A DNA stretch of 64,000 nucleotides from Paramoeba atlantica (lineage: Eukaryota; Protista; Discosea), in assembly GCA_977017575.1 (NCBI GenBank), contig CDRNVI010000030.1, positions 1,054,001 to 1,118,000 on the forward strand, given 5' to 3'. This document shows positions 1 through 11,100 of this stretch, in pieces; position 1 is the first letter of the stretch; every line of letters starts with the position of its first letter. The notes below the pieces were generated by a model. The model worked only from the letters and a program-made list of their open reading frames with translations, was not told where the DNA came from and searched no databases. Both the position numbers and the translations under genes were made by a program.

Positions 1-1423
1 CCGTCACGGTGCGACTCAACACGTTCTCCGCTATGAGTAACTCCGCCAGCTTGTTCTTCTGCGAGATAAGAAACTCCTTCAGCCCACCATACTCATAGTT
101 GGAGCTCTCATCATGACTCTTAAGCAGAACACACTCATACAGGTACGTAATATTCAAAACATGATGCACCTCTCTCTCCGTACTCGCGCTCAGCTTAATC
201 CCAAACCTCGTTTTCCTTGCCCAGCACCGCTCCACATGCGGCACAAACCCCTGCGGCGTCCCCCCCTCCAGCAACTCCAGAAACGACCAAAACTGAGTCC
301 GCAATAGGGTCCCATACACCCGTCTCGTACGACTCTGCATCAGGTAATCCGCGGCCTGGTACCCCAACCGGCACCCCTCCGCGACGCCTTTCACCCTACA
401 GAACCGCCCGTACTCAAACAGCCTTCGGTAGAGCTCCGCGTTCAGCTTTACGTTATCCTCGGTGAAGTGGGTCTCGTGGGACTGACTCCGGCGGGGAGTG
501 GGGGTTCCCTCCTCGGCGGTGGTCACCTGCCGGGGGTAGGCCTCCAGGTGTTGCTTGATGTCACTCCCACGGAGGGTGTCGAGGTAGGACACGAGTTGGT
601 GGAGCCAGGGGAGTACCTTGGAGGGGTCAAGGGAGGGGGAGAAGGTGAGGGGGGTGGTGGTGGGCCGTGTGGAGGTGTCATGGGGGGGGAAGGGAGAGGG
701 GGTGGTGGGGGTGGAGAAGAGAGTAGGGGTAGGGGGGGTGGGGGCGGTTTCAAAGGAGGAAGAGGAGGGGGAGGTGGGGACGATTTCGGGGGAGGGGGTG
801 AGAGGGGAAGGGGAGGTGGAGGGTAGAGTTAAGGTGGTGAGGGGGTCGTGAAGTGGGATGTTGGCGGCGTCGATGTCGGGGAGAAGAGGAGGGCTGGCGG
901 CGTCCTCTTCGTGGGGGACGGGTTTACGGTGGGTAGATCGTAGGGTCGGAGATGTGGTACTTTTTGCAGGGGAAAGGGTTTTCTTGGTGTCTCTTTTGGG
1001 AGATGCTTTCTGTTTTTTCTCCTTTCCGTGGGTCATTGATTTGGGCTCCAGTTTCGGAAATTCAGCAGAAAAACACAGAGGGTCAGTATTGGGGTGTGTA
1101 CTTTTTGTTGTGGATATTGAGGAAACACTGGTGGACTTTCTCTCAGGTTCAGGAGTAGCCGCTTTTATCGCCAGAATCGCGTCACCCAAAGATTTTCTGC
1201 GACCACGAGTTCCTCGTACATCATTCCTTGCTTTGGATTTTTGAGCTGACTGTGACACACGCAAAGACTCAAAAAAGGGAGTCTCGGGTGTTCTTTCCTC
1301 GGGAACATTTAAGAGGGGTTGGTTTGGAGAGTCGCTCGCAACTGTTCTGCGTCGCCTATTCGGGGTTTTGAGAGATTCTGGAGATTCTAATTTATTCGTA
1401 TGCGATACAGAGGCCGTAACCAT
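1..1423 (-). CDS. Hypothetical protein, partial (3' end runs off the window); Ser/Thr/Pro-rich N-terminal region followed by a helical-looking region
   Basis: Not in the ORF track because it has no stop inside the window. Manual translation from ATG at 1423 gives 474 codons with no stop to base 1 (MVTASVSHTNKLESP...VKLNAELYRRLFEYGRFC...LAELLIAENVLSRTVT). The nearest upstream in-frame stop is a TAA near 1535. Same strand as all host genes. Confidence 0.75.
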   Translation of the reverse strand, partial: MVTASVSHTNKLESPESLKTPNRRRRTVASDSPNQPLLNVPEERTPETPFFESLRVSQSAQKSKARNDVRGTRGRRKSLGDAILAIKAATPEPERKSTSVSSISTTKSTHPNTDPLCFSAEFPKLEPKSMTHGKEKKQKASPKRDTKKTLSPAKSTTSPTLRSTHRKPVPHEEDAASPPLLPDIDAANIPLHDPLTTLTLPSTSPSPLTPSPEIVPTSPSSSSFETAPTPPTPTLFSTPTTPSPFPPHDTSTRPTTTPLTFSPSLDPSKVLPWLHQLVSYLDTLRGSDIKQHLEAYPRQVTTAEEGTPTPRRSQSHETHFTEDNVKLNAELYRRLFEYGRFCRVKGVAEGCRLGYQAADYLMQSRTRRVYGTLLRTQFWSFLELLEGGTPQGFVPHVERCWARKTRFGIKLSASTEREVHHVLNITYLYECVLLKSHDESSNYEYGGLKEFLISQKNKLAELLIAENVLSRTVT

Positions 1424-1640
1424 TATGAGCACCTTTTCGATTACAGCTGAGTAGTCATGATAGTAACATTCGTTGAAAAATACTAGTATATTTGGAATAA
1501 AAAGAAGGAATGTATTTGGAAGAGTAGGCGTTATTTAGATCATTGTAAATATCCAATGTACGAATAATACCGAGGATACGAAAATGTAACGTTCAACGTG
1601 ACAAAGCATAAACAAATAGCTTAATAACAAACTGAATTCT

Positions 1641-2801
1641 CTATAGCTTTGATATAGCTATATTCGAGTCTTGTGAAGATGAATCAATCATTTGCGAGTC
1701 AACATCCAGGTCACCATCCTCAGGAACGGTATCGAAGAAGTTTTGTACTGCGGTATCGCTCACGTCTGCCAAAGCAGAGGGAACCCAACGGGGATCTTTG
1801 GTTTTTTCCCGCAACTGAGCGCGCACGCCCTCATCAAAATCCGGTGAACGACATAAAAATCCTTGGCTAAGACGATATTCCAAACGGAAGTTTTCTTGTG
1901 GTGTAGGTAGACTCTGTACACGTCGAAACATTTCCCAGGTTACTTTCACTGAGAGTGGAGCATTACGAAGTAGTGATTGAAGTATCGCATCCACAAATTC
2001 GGAAGTGGGCTCGGCGGACAGAGCATTAAGTGCATCTTCTACGGTTTGTGCGTCACAAAAGGCTCGATGCAGGCATTGTAATTGGGAAGGACTCCACTCC
2101 TGGAGCTCAGTCGGAGCGTTTACAGGTTCGTGGTAACTTGTAATCAAGCCATCCACTTCCGCTGGCTCCTTTACGCGACGCAACGACTCAACTAGCTCAG
2201 GTAGACGTGCACGTGGCACGAAATGAGTACCCAACCCGGAAGTTATCACATCACGCCCGTACAGCCGCCGCCCCGTGAGCCCAAGACAGCGACCCAAGGC
2301 CAAAGGCTTCACACGCGGAAGAAAAAGACTTGCACCGGAGTCCGGAAAGTGCCCTATCGCACACTCGGGCATTGCAAACACTGTATTCTCCGTGCACACG
2401 CGGTGTGAGCCATGCATCGCAAGCCCCGCCCCGCCTCCCATGGTGATCCCATCCAGCAAAGCGAGATGCGGGATGGCATGTGCCCGAGAGAGGGTTCCAA
2501 TGGTGTAATTCAAACAGTACTGATCTTTGAAGTAGTGCGGTCGGGTACCACGCGGGGTGTCCGTGCTGATGGCAACGACATCCCCACCCGCGCTAAAAGC
2601 CCGAGGACAGGAACTACGGAGGACTACGACACAGCGTTGGCTCTGGGTGGACCATGTTTGGTACAGAGTACGAAGGGAACGTACCATAGACCAAGAAAGA
2701 GCATTCAATGCACCGGGACGGTTCAATGTTAAGAATTTTGTGACACCACAGTCCTCTAGAAGAAGGTGACCGCCAGCCAATGAGAAAAAAGACATGATCA
2801 A
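1641..2801 (-). CDS. HIBCH: 3-hydroxyisobutyryl-CoA hydrolase-like (enoyl-CoA hydratase/crotonase fold)
   Basis: Motifs LTLNRPGALNAL, AFSAGGD, GITMGGGAGL, VFAMPECAIGHFPDSG and C-terminal DFDEGVRA...PRW match HIBCH. First ATG is at 2795; the track starts at a TTG. Confidence 0.88.
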   Translation of the reverse strand: MIMSFFSLAGGHLLLEDCGVTKFLTLNRPGALNALSWSMVRSLRTLYQTWSTQSQRCVVVLRSSCPRAFSAGGDVVAISTDTPRGTRPHYFKDQYCLNYTIGTLSRAHAIPHLALLDGITMGGGAGLAMHGSHRVCTENTVFAMPECAIGHFPDSGASLFLPRVKPLALGRCLGLTGRRLYGRDVITSGLGTHFVPRARLPELVESLRRVKEPAEVDGLITSYHEPVNAPTELQEWSPSQLQCLHRAFCDAQTVEDALNALSAEPTSEFVDAILQSLLRNAPLSVKVTWEMFRRVQSLPTPQENFRLEYRLSQGFLCRSPDFDEGVRAQLREKTKDPRWVPSALADVSDTAVQNFFDTVPEDGDLDVDSQMIDSSSQDSNIAISKL

Positions 2802-3004
2802 GGTGGAGAGGAGTACGATACGTGTGAGGATACATCTGATTCCTATACTAACGGACTCCTATACTCCTGTAATGGAAAGTTTTTCTTCTTTCCTCCCTGT
2901 ACAAAGTAGTAACCGAAATTAGACAGAATCATAAACGGTAAAAAGCCTTTAAAGAGGTGGCGTACCCAACTTTGCTTTCTTTTAGTGTGAAAACAGCGCA
3001 AAAA

Positions 3005-3074
3005 CACAAAACTTTGTGAGAGCTCTCGAACATGCTATTGTTTTCCAAAATTGGACAAGTTTTACGAATTTTAG
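3005..3074. repeat. Dispersed ~70-bp repeat, copy 1 (copy 2 at 46927-46995)
   Basis: cacaaaactttgtgagagctctc...tttccaaaattggaca...tttacgaattttag aligns by eye, in the same orientation, with 46927-46995. Confidence 0.7.
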
Positions 3075-3147
3075 ACCCCCCGCAGCATCTGATTTACCCT
3101 CCTGTATCAAGTCAAGGAACCAACAGTACGATGACGATCTGTTTCAC

Positions 3148-3765
3148 TCATACATTTGTAGAATCAACAAGAGTACCACGTAATGGTATTTTCGCAACCA
3201 AGCATGCGCGCTGAACCACTGATTTATCCTTCGGGTGCCTAAGTTCTCTCCGTTTAGGATCTGTTAGAATTTCATATGCGTCCCACACTAGACGGCACGA
3301 CAAGGGTAACCTGTTATAATATTCTTTAGATTTTTCCAAGGTCGCCTTTTTAATGTTCTCATAGTTTAGCTGGGAGTCGTTAACTTCTTTTTGATCATTA
3401 TCGAATCGTTCCTTTATTAGTAAGCCTCTTTCTTCAGCTTCTGTGATGCCACTCGTAGACGCAACGTGATGTCTTGACGGAGAATCTGCATCACAGAAAT
3501 ATGTTGCGTTGCTCTCAATGTCCAGTACTCCCCATGCCTCACTACTGTTTTCATTATCATCTGCAAAATCCCACCAGGATTCGGCACCGTCTGTATTAAT
3601 TCCTTTCGACATCAGGAATTCTTTCTTTTCTTCACCGGTGCCATCATAATAATGTGCATTGAATCGATGCATTTCCTTCCAAATATGGTGAACTTCCGGG
3701 TGAATTGATTCCACTGAGCTAGATTTTGAGTTCTTGGATATGCTGCTATTCATGAAAGGATTCAT
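3148..3765 (-). CDS. Hypothetical protein with a DnaJ helix-IV-like motif near the C-terminus
   Basis: 205-aa ORF on the gene strand. DAYEILTDPKRR resembles the AYEVLSDPxKR end of J-domains, but no correctly placed HPD motif precedes it. Confidence 0.55.
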   Translation of the reverse strand: MNPFMNSSISKNSKSSSVESIHPEVHHIWKEMHRFNAHYYDGTGEEKKEFLMSKGINTDGAESWWDFADDNENSSEAWGVLDIESNATYFCDADSPSRHHVASTSGITEAEERGLLIKERFDNDQKEVNDSQLNYENIKKATLEKSKEYYNRLPLSCRLVWDAYEILTDPKRRELRHPKDKSVVQRACLVAKIPLRGTLVDSTNV

Positions 3766-4055
3766 AGAAACTATGATTAATTTTTCGATTTAAACAGTAA
3801 GAACTACGAATGCCATGGGCATAAATAAGGCAAGAATAAATAAAGTTAAAACAAACATATTCTTTCAGAAAAAAAAACAGAAAGGAAATGAATCTGGAGC
3901 AGTATTTAGATCCTTTCTTGTAGGGATAAACACATAAACAAATTAAGAATGTTGTACGTGCTGCGCGAGACAAGTACCTATACTGTCTGTAGGTATTTCT
4001 GTGACAGACACAAGTATATTAAATGGATAGAGAACACCCACACGGTCACCCAAGA

Positions 4056-4718
4056 TTACTCAAAATCTTTCGCGTGTTTCAGCTTCTCGTCCCTTTTAGC
4101 TCTTCTTGCCGCTTTGCGTTCCATAAGCTTCGTGTACTCCTCGTCATATATCTCTTTGCGGAGCTGAGCAATCAAAGCCTCGTTGGCCCATAGTTTGATC
4201 ATCCGTCTCCTCTTGTGCTGCTCTTTTTGCAGCTCCGAGTGCTCAGCGTCAAATGCAGTTTGCAGTCGCTCTCGAAAGGGATGTCTACCCCGATTGTAGG
4301 TAGTAAGATCCCCAAGATACGAATTTTTGTCAATATCAAACGCTGTGGCTAATTCGTCGGCGCGATGCCTACGTGAGCGTTTTGACCCCTTGTTCCATTC
4401 TTGATTTTGACACTTGAGGGACTCATGAAGCTCACAGGAAAATGCTTCCACTTTTTTGTCAACTTCAAGCGGTGTCAGTGCATCGTCTTTTTCTAGTTCT
4501 GCACGTAAGGTAGCTATTTGACTCTCGATATCCCTCTCTTTTTCGTAGTCTTGCAATTCCGCATTTAATTCTTCTTCAAGAGTAAAAGAGTCGCCTGCAC
4601 GGTCTCGATAATTTGGTTTCAGGCGATCATCTGCACGCTTACGATGAGCAAGATTGCGAGAGACGTATCCGCTCGATGCAGTACCACGGTGTGTGCGGTT
4701 CCCTACGTGATTGTACAT
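4056..4718 (-). CDS. CWC21: Pre-mRNA splicing factor Cwc21/SRRM2-like
   Basis: N-terminus MYNHVGNRTHRGTASSGYVSRNL matches the Cwc21 signature MYNGIGLxTxRGSGTNGYVQRN. It is followed by a cwf21-like segment, RDIESQIATLRAELEK. Confidence 0.8.
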   Translation of the reverse strand: MYNHVGNRTHRGTASSGYVSRNLAHRKRADDRLKPNYRDRAGDSFTLEEELNAELQDYEKERDIESQIATLRAELEKDDALTPLEVDKKVEAFSCELHESLKCQNQEWNKGSKRSRRHRADELATAFDIDKNSYLGDLTTYNRGRHPFRERLQTAFDAEHSELQKEQHKRRRMIKLWANEALIAQLRKEIYDEEYTKLMERKAARRAKRDEKLKHAKDFE

Positions 4719-4977
4719 GCCAGTGTATTTAGTAGCGATATTGAATACCTACAAACAAACTACACCAAAATGTACAAATAATCCTTTATCATGAATAAGA
4801 CATTTTTAAAGAAACTGTTTCTCTAAACTCACACAAACACCGTTCAACAAGCACACTACAGTGTTCCATGTTCCTTGAAACCACAACCTATAGAAACAAT
4901 CGAAAGCTGTGGTTGCATTTTAATAGAAAAAATCAAAAAAGAGAACAATTATAAGCTTTAGGAGCAGTTTAAAAATA

Positions 4978-5155
4978 CTGTTCCCCTCTTTAAGCGCACC
5001 ACGTTTTTCTTCAAAAGTTCGCTTAAACGGGGGGGGGTCTGAATCACTACAGTACATAAAACTAATTTTGAAGCGGTGCCAAAGTCAACATCTCAAAAGT
5101 CTGTGCACTTAATTGTGGGGGTCTCACCGGGTGCTCTTAAACGGAAGGGATACAG
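4978..5155. mobile_element. Degenerate ~180-bp TA-flanked mini element of the CTGT-C(n) TIR family
   Basis: Left end is TA|CTGTTCCCCTCTTTAAGCGCACC; the right end reverse-complemented is TA|CTGTATCCCTTCCGTTTAAGAGCACC. The TTAAGCGCAC motif recurs near 5207 (inverted) and 5449. Confidence 0.55.
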
Positions 5156-5541
5156 TAAACTTCAGTTCAACTTTATGTTTGTATGTACCTCGTTTTCCGT
5201 GAAAAGTGCGCTTAAAAAAAAGGGGGGCATCCGCACCCTTATCTGTCATAAACGCACCCTTATCGGTAAATGAGGGGGGAATGCGCAGGGTGTGACAAGC
5301 AATGATTAAACTTAATAGAACGAGCATAAATCCTAATGCTCGGCTCTTTTTTTGAAGTTGATGCATTCTCCACGCCAAAAACTTGCTTTTCAAAACTGCA
5401 TCTGAAGATACTCTCATTTTTAAAATCTCTTCAAAACAATTTTCCGTTTAAGCGCACCAAGGCAGTCCCCTATGTACACCTGACATCGTATTTCTAATTA
5501 TGCATCAGTGCAAGCGCTTTTTGCTTTCTTCGCTTGTTACT

Positions 5542-7569
5542 TTATGGCTTGACATCTATGTCCGCACTATAGATAGAATCTATTAATGATAAACACTCTG
5601 AGCGCATCTCTGACACGATGGCTCGATCACCAATCCTATGAATAATCGGACTGAGCGAGGCCTCTAGCTTCTCAAGCACAGATTTCCTTTGCAAAGTATT
5701 ACCGGTTTTTTCTTTCAACCATCTAAGAGGACTTACAGATCCAGTACTCGGACGCTTGACTAACTTACTTTTAATACTTTCAAGTGCGCGATTCTGAAAC
5801 GTTTTCGCTGCAGTATGCAGCAGATGAAATTCATCCGACAAGAGTGGACCAGGAGCAAGTAAGCAAGGGCTTTGGTCTTTATTTGGATGGATGATTCTCA
5901 TTAGATAGAACTCCACACCCCCGAGAAGAAGCAAATAAAAGGACGTATTGATGCTGAGCAGCGCATGTAGCGTTGGCTCGGTTGTATCCACTTTACGATA
6001 CTTTTTGTGCAATTCTCGAAGAATTATTCTAAAGATATTGGCTATGTACTTTCTCAGATTTAAAACAGAATCTATGTTCCATTGCAGAAGAGGCTTTACG
6101 TCGCTTAAAAACTTGAGGAGACGTAAACCTATCATTGCGACGTGTTCGCTAAAAGGCATAAGCCCATCTCGAACAACATCTGAACAATTTTCAGTCGTAC
6201 TTTCCTGTGACTTGAAAGAGAGAGCTGGATAGAGAGGATGCTGGTTTAAAAATGATTCGGCAATGTTGGTTTCAAATTCAGCGGGAGATTTCACGTGAAA
6301 AGGAGCAAAGAATACACTATTATCTACCTCTAAAATACTCTGTATTTTTTCTAATAGTTCTTGGCTTAGTACTGCGAGAACGTGATCTTCCAATTTGAAA
6401 AATATGGTGCGTATAATCATATTCGGCGTACTTGCTATAAATAAGTCTAAAGACTTCACAAAAATGTGAGCAGACTTCAGCGCATCTTCCAATAACTCAC
6501 GTTTAGTTTGGGATCTGAGAATTAGATTTACTGTGATTTCAAGCTGTAACACAGCAAGTTCAAAAATGAAATAAAACAATGAAAGATCAATGGGCGAAAA
6601 CCGAAACCCCTTTTGAGTCCAGCATTGAAGGCGAAACAGAAGACCGAATAGCTTTTGACAACACTTTTCTGGATCTGTGGAAAATTCTTTTGTAATAGTA
6701 GAACACACAAGTTCAGCGTACTCCCTCTCTGACATGCGTACATACTCTATTAGCTGTGAACGAGCATCTAACAATTCGTAACAATCTTCAAACAAAAAAC
6801 ACTTTCGAAAAGCGGACCTTAAAGAGTTTCGTGCTATCAAAATGTTCTGTGTGCAGTGCGCTTTATTGTTTCTGCCACCTGCATTGGTCACCATCGAATT
6901 TTCTGTAGCCTGTGATATTGACTCCCGTATGGAACCAAAAACGTCAACACCTATTCGTTCTTCTTCTTGGCGTTGATACCTAATCCAAGTTTCTAATTCC
7001 ATAGTTAGCGCTTGTAAAATATTTTGGCGGACACTACGTATCGTATGCTCTATCCAATTAATTATCTTGTCAGCGCCAAACTGGGAAACTCCGATATTCT
7101 TCCATAGTAGACATACTTCATGTAGCAGCCTGGAAGCAGCAAAAATGGAATCGTTGCTTAAGAAATCTTTTGTTTCATTTAGTAACCTCAGTATTTGAGC
7201 AAGTCTTTCAAGGTGTAGTTTAGTGGATTTCATCTCATGTAGTTCAGCAACTTTGGATGAAAACACTTTTATTCGCTTTTCTTGAGTAGAAAATTTACAT
7301 AAAATTTCTCCGATCTTGCGTTTTTCGTCATCTAAGTTGATCCGGATGCAATCCTGTGAATCACCTGTCCCTTCTGAAACTTTCTCTTCTGCAACACGGG
7401 ACATTCTTTCGGCACCCGAAGTAAGACTTTCTAATTCACCGAAAACGACAGCGCATGCTGTAAGTACTGCTGGATTCAGTTGCGTGTCGTTTTCCAGTTC
7501 ATCCATGACAAAAAAATATGTAGAACACAGTATTTGTGTATTGCTAATCCAAGATATCATTACATTCAC
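5542..7569 (-). CDS. Divergent exocyst subunit Sec15/EXOC6-like helical protein
   Basis: 675-aa mostly helical ORF. The N-terminal pattern (coiled coil; FAASRLLHEV; ELETWIRYQRQEEERIG) recalls the Sec15 N-terminus. Likely start is MDELEND at 7506. Confidence 0.5.
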   Translation of the reverse strand: MNVMISWISNTQILCSTYFFVMDELENDTQLNPAVLTACAVVFGELESLTSGAERMSRVAEEKVSEGTGDSQDCIRINLDDEKRKIGEILCKFSTQEKRIKVFSSKVAELHEMKSTKLHLERLAQILRLLNETKDFLSNDSIFAASRLLHEVCLLWKNIGVSQFGADKIINWIEHTIRSVRQNILQALTMELETWIRYQRQEEERIGVDVFGSIRESISQATENSMVTNAGGRNNKAHCTQNILIARNSLRSAFRKCFLFEDCYELLDARSQLIEYVRMSEREYAELVCSTITKEFSTDPEKCCQKLFGLLFRLQCWTQKGFRFSPIDLSLFYFIFELAVLQLEITVNLILRSQTKRELLEDALKSAHIFVKSLDLFIASTPNMIIRTIFFKLEDHVLAVLSQELLEKIQSILEVDNSVFFAPFHVKSPAEFETNIAESFLNQHPLYPALSFKSQESTTENCSDVVRDGLMPFSEHVAMIGLRLLKFLSDVKPLLQWNIDSVLNLRKYIANIFRIILRELHKKYRKVDTTEPTLHALLSINTSFYLLLLGGVEFYLMRIIHPNKDQSPCLLAPGPLLSDEFHLLHTAAKTFQNRALESIKSKLVKRPSTGSVSPLRWLKEKTGNTLQRKSVLEKLEASLSPIIHRIGDRAIVSEMRSECLSLIDSIYSADIDVKP

Positions 7570-8119
7570 TAGTTGATACCCAGTTCATCCTTGCGTATAA
7601 TTCATACATGTAAATTTATATGATACGCTACAAGTTACTGCATAGTGCGACGGACTTTGGCCAAACGGCACCATAAGTGGGGGTTACTCGAATTTACAAG
7701 AAAAGATGCGTTCATCAAAATTAATTAAAAGTTTGGAAAGAAAAGTGGTAAAACGTAGTTTCTGACTATAAATTTAATAGAAAGCTTTAGGAGTGCTACT
7801 CGCAAATCAAGCAAAACATGCGTATTTCCCCAATTTTTACCACACGCCTGAAAAATCTGAAACCAAAAATCCGGAAAAACTAAAACTGGGGGGCGCCCCG
7901 CGACAGTATAGTGTACGTGTTATGGGGCGGTCACCCCGTGTACGTGGGGGGGGGGTGTACAATACGTAGGAGTGCTCGAATCCTGCCATTACATTTTTCG
8001 TTTGGTTTGGTTGCGGGTTGAAAAGCACCATTCGCCTAAACCCCGAACAATACATTTCCACCTTTGATTGTTATTTTCGGTGTTTATTAAATATAGCGAA
8101 TTCACAATTATGCCATCCG

Positions 8120-11100
8120 CTATCGACTGAACAGAAAACGTAAATCTTCTTCTGTAAGCTTCGCAATAGAATTTCGCTGTGCATCTATAGTACCCTCAAA
8201 CACAAGCTGTTTCTTTTGTTGAAGCTCCAGCATGCGCTCCTCGATCGTATCCCGAGTAATAAAACGCGTGACGTACACTTTCTTACATTGTCCTATACGG
8301 TGCACTCTCTGTGCGGCCTGCATTTCAACCGCAGGATTCCACCATGGGTCAATGAGAAATACATGATTTGCAACCTGTAAGTTTAGTCCTTCGCCACCAG
8401 CCTTCAGGGATATTAGCATTACTTTAACACTGCTTTCCGGATTTCGAAACTTGGAAAGCATTGATTGCCGCATTACCAAAGGCATTGAACCAAGGAGCTT
8501 CGTCGTTTGCACTTTCTCTTTCTGAAGTCTCCACTCAACGAGGTCTAACATATTGGCATATTGAGAGAATATTATAGCTTTATCCTGATCTGGAAGTCTT
8601 AAAATCAGTGATGTTATTTTCTCAAGCTTGGATGATGACTCAAATTTTGATGTGTCTACTCGTTGCAAGATATTCCTGCGTCCCCGCAGAAGTGCTTTGG
8701 ATTCACCACTCTTTGGTAGGGATGGAAGTCCTTGAGGTTCGTTTTCCTGAGGTAGTTGCGGGGGCGGAATGGGACGAATTTCTTCGTCTTCACTACTACT
8801 TGAATTACTTTCCTCTTCTTTAGAAGCTCGAATAGAGTTAAGATCTAATGTCAAAGGTGAAAAACAACGAGGGCATCCAATATCTCCTTGTGGAGCTTGT
8901 GATATGTACTCATAAAGACAGTTACGGTGAAACGTATGAAGGCAAGGCTTCGTTGATGTTACATGCGAAGGAGAAACCAGGTCTTGACATAACGCACAAA
9001 TGTCAAGCGCGGGATTTGATGTTGCAGTTCCTTTCTCTGGCAGCTCTGCACTGCCTGCACGGTACAGTACGATATAAGGATGATCAAGCGCCTGCCTAAG
9101 GCTTGACAGAAGATCAAAAATATGAGCATAATTATTCAGTAGCGTTCCCTTCTTTACGAAAGTATCAAATTTGGCCTCACTGCGCTTGTAAAGGGATTCA
9201 TAAAAATCACGTTCCTCAAGACGCAATTCTACATAAGAAACACTCACTTGTAAAGCATCAAGATTTAAATCAGCGCTTCGTTCGCTCTTTGTGCGCCGAA
9301 GCATTACCTGATCTAAAACCTTCTCCTTAAGCGTAAGAAGACCTTTGCGTCCATCACCTATGTATCCGTAACGACGAATCGGATTCAGTACATGCTTGTT
9401 GAAATAGCCATAATGCTGCAAAGGACCATGCCCGCATTGAATGCATCGCCGGTGTTGTTTCCACGTAAACGGATAAGCCAGTGTGGTACATTTACAGTCG
9501 CTTGCCTGGCAGTAGTATCGTGAAAATTTTGGCACTCTAATAAATCGAATAAGACTGTATAGCTCTCCAACTCGGTTCTGTAAAGGAGTACCAGTCAGAC
9601 ACCACTTAAAGGATCCCCGAAGTGCAAAGATTCCGCGCGCTGTTGATGTGGTCTTGCTCTTAATCTTGTGTGCTTCATCTAAGACAATACGGTACCATTG
9701 AATCCCATGTACTACACTTCGTGAGAAATCTAGTGGGACACCTTCAAATCCTTCTATGTCAGCTTCATCTTCTGGCAAAGGTGCATTATCACGGTCTTCC
9801 GCCTGTTTGAATTCCCAATCCTTGCGAAAGTTTGTCTTCACCCTTTGAAGAAATGGCTTATCATCGTCAGAATCGGTTGAATCTTTGAGACAGTCAGATA
9901 CTCTGAAAGTGGGTTCCGGTAATCGCTTCTGTGAAGGCTTAGATTTTGCAGAACTTCTCAGACAAGCTTCAGTCTCAACGTCATTACATTCAACTATCTC
10001 CAATGGTTCTTCTTCGGATTTTACTGCAACAGAGTTGGTATCTTCGCAAAGTGAGTTTTGTCCTTCATTTTTAATAATTTCTTTTGCTGTTAGGCTTGCA
10101 GGTTTTCCCTGAGCACTTTTAAGCCCTTTAACTTTAGTTTTAGGGGATGAATTTGAATGCTTGAGCAACTCGCTTCCCTCCTTTTGGCTGTTCTCATTTT
10201 CGGCCTTCATGATATAATCTCGGCGATCGAAACGACTGTATGCTCGCCGACCAGCATCTGCCATCAGTTCTCGATATATTGCCATAGGTGTTCCCATCTT
10301 TTTCTGAATGTTTTCGATATTTTCTGATTTCACCGATTCTTTTGCGCTATTCGTAGTTTCGTTTTTGGTTAGATGGCTGACAACGTTTTTTCTACGGGTA
10401 AGGAACCGCTGTACAAGAGTATCACTTTCATAATTTGAAGCAAGACTTCTACCATCAACTTCGCGCGATGCCTCTACTATCGCTTCGTTTTCTCCAACAA
10501 CCTTCAGCGAGCGCAAACCCTTCTGTACAGTCTGCGAGCTTTGTTTTTTCTCTTGTTTGCGTTGTTTCAGTGTTTTGGCAGCGTCGGGGCCGCAGTAATA
10601 TTTCAAATGAACAGCCATCTTTCGAGGCAGAAAGGCTTTCCCACAGTAGGAACACTTTATTTTTTTCTCTGCCGTCAGTTTACGCCATTGTGCTTCAATT
10701 GTATGGTATGTCGTGAGAACCACATCTGCGCGAAGTATATCTTCGGAGGAAGGTAAAACTTTCTCACTTCCATGAAAAACAAGAACTCGCAGAGAACCTG
10801 GTTCCGTGTAATTCGCTATTTCCTCCTTCCATTGTAACATTGAAGAAAGAGGACACACAACAAGAGTGGGACCGTAGCCTCGTCGCTCTAAAAGGAGTGC
10901 CACAGTTTGAATCGTTTTTCCCATTCCCATTTCGTCGGCCAGCAGTCCTCCACGAACAGCAGAACGCGCGGTTGAAAGATCTGCCGACTCAGCGGCTTCT
11001 TCTTGTTCGCACATCCAACCAAAGCCTTCCTTTTGATACGGCAACAAGTGCTGTGTAAGTGTCGGTGGGGGTTCTCGCGCACGCAGTGGCCCTCTTTTTA

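Noticed and set aside
3746-5417. Short ORFs such as 3746-3973 and 5124-5417 (also 11962-12291, 37231-37515, 44998-45597, 46588-46827)
   Set aside because: Non-ATG or weak starts, composition typical of AT-rich intergenic or repeat DNA, and no motifs.
7656-7671. Exact 16-mer TTTGGCCAAACGGCAC also at 44905-44920
   Set aside because: One 16-bp match in 64 kb is roughly what chance predicts, and the flanks do not extend the match.
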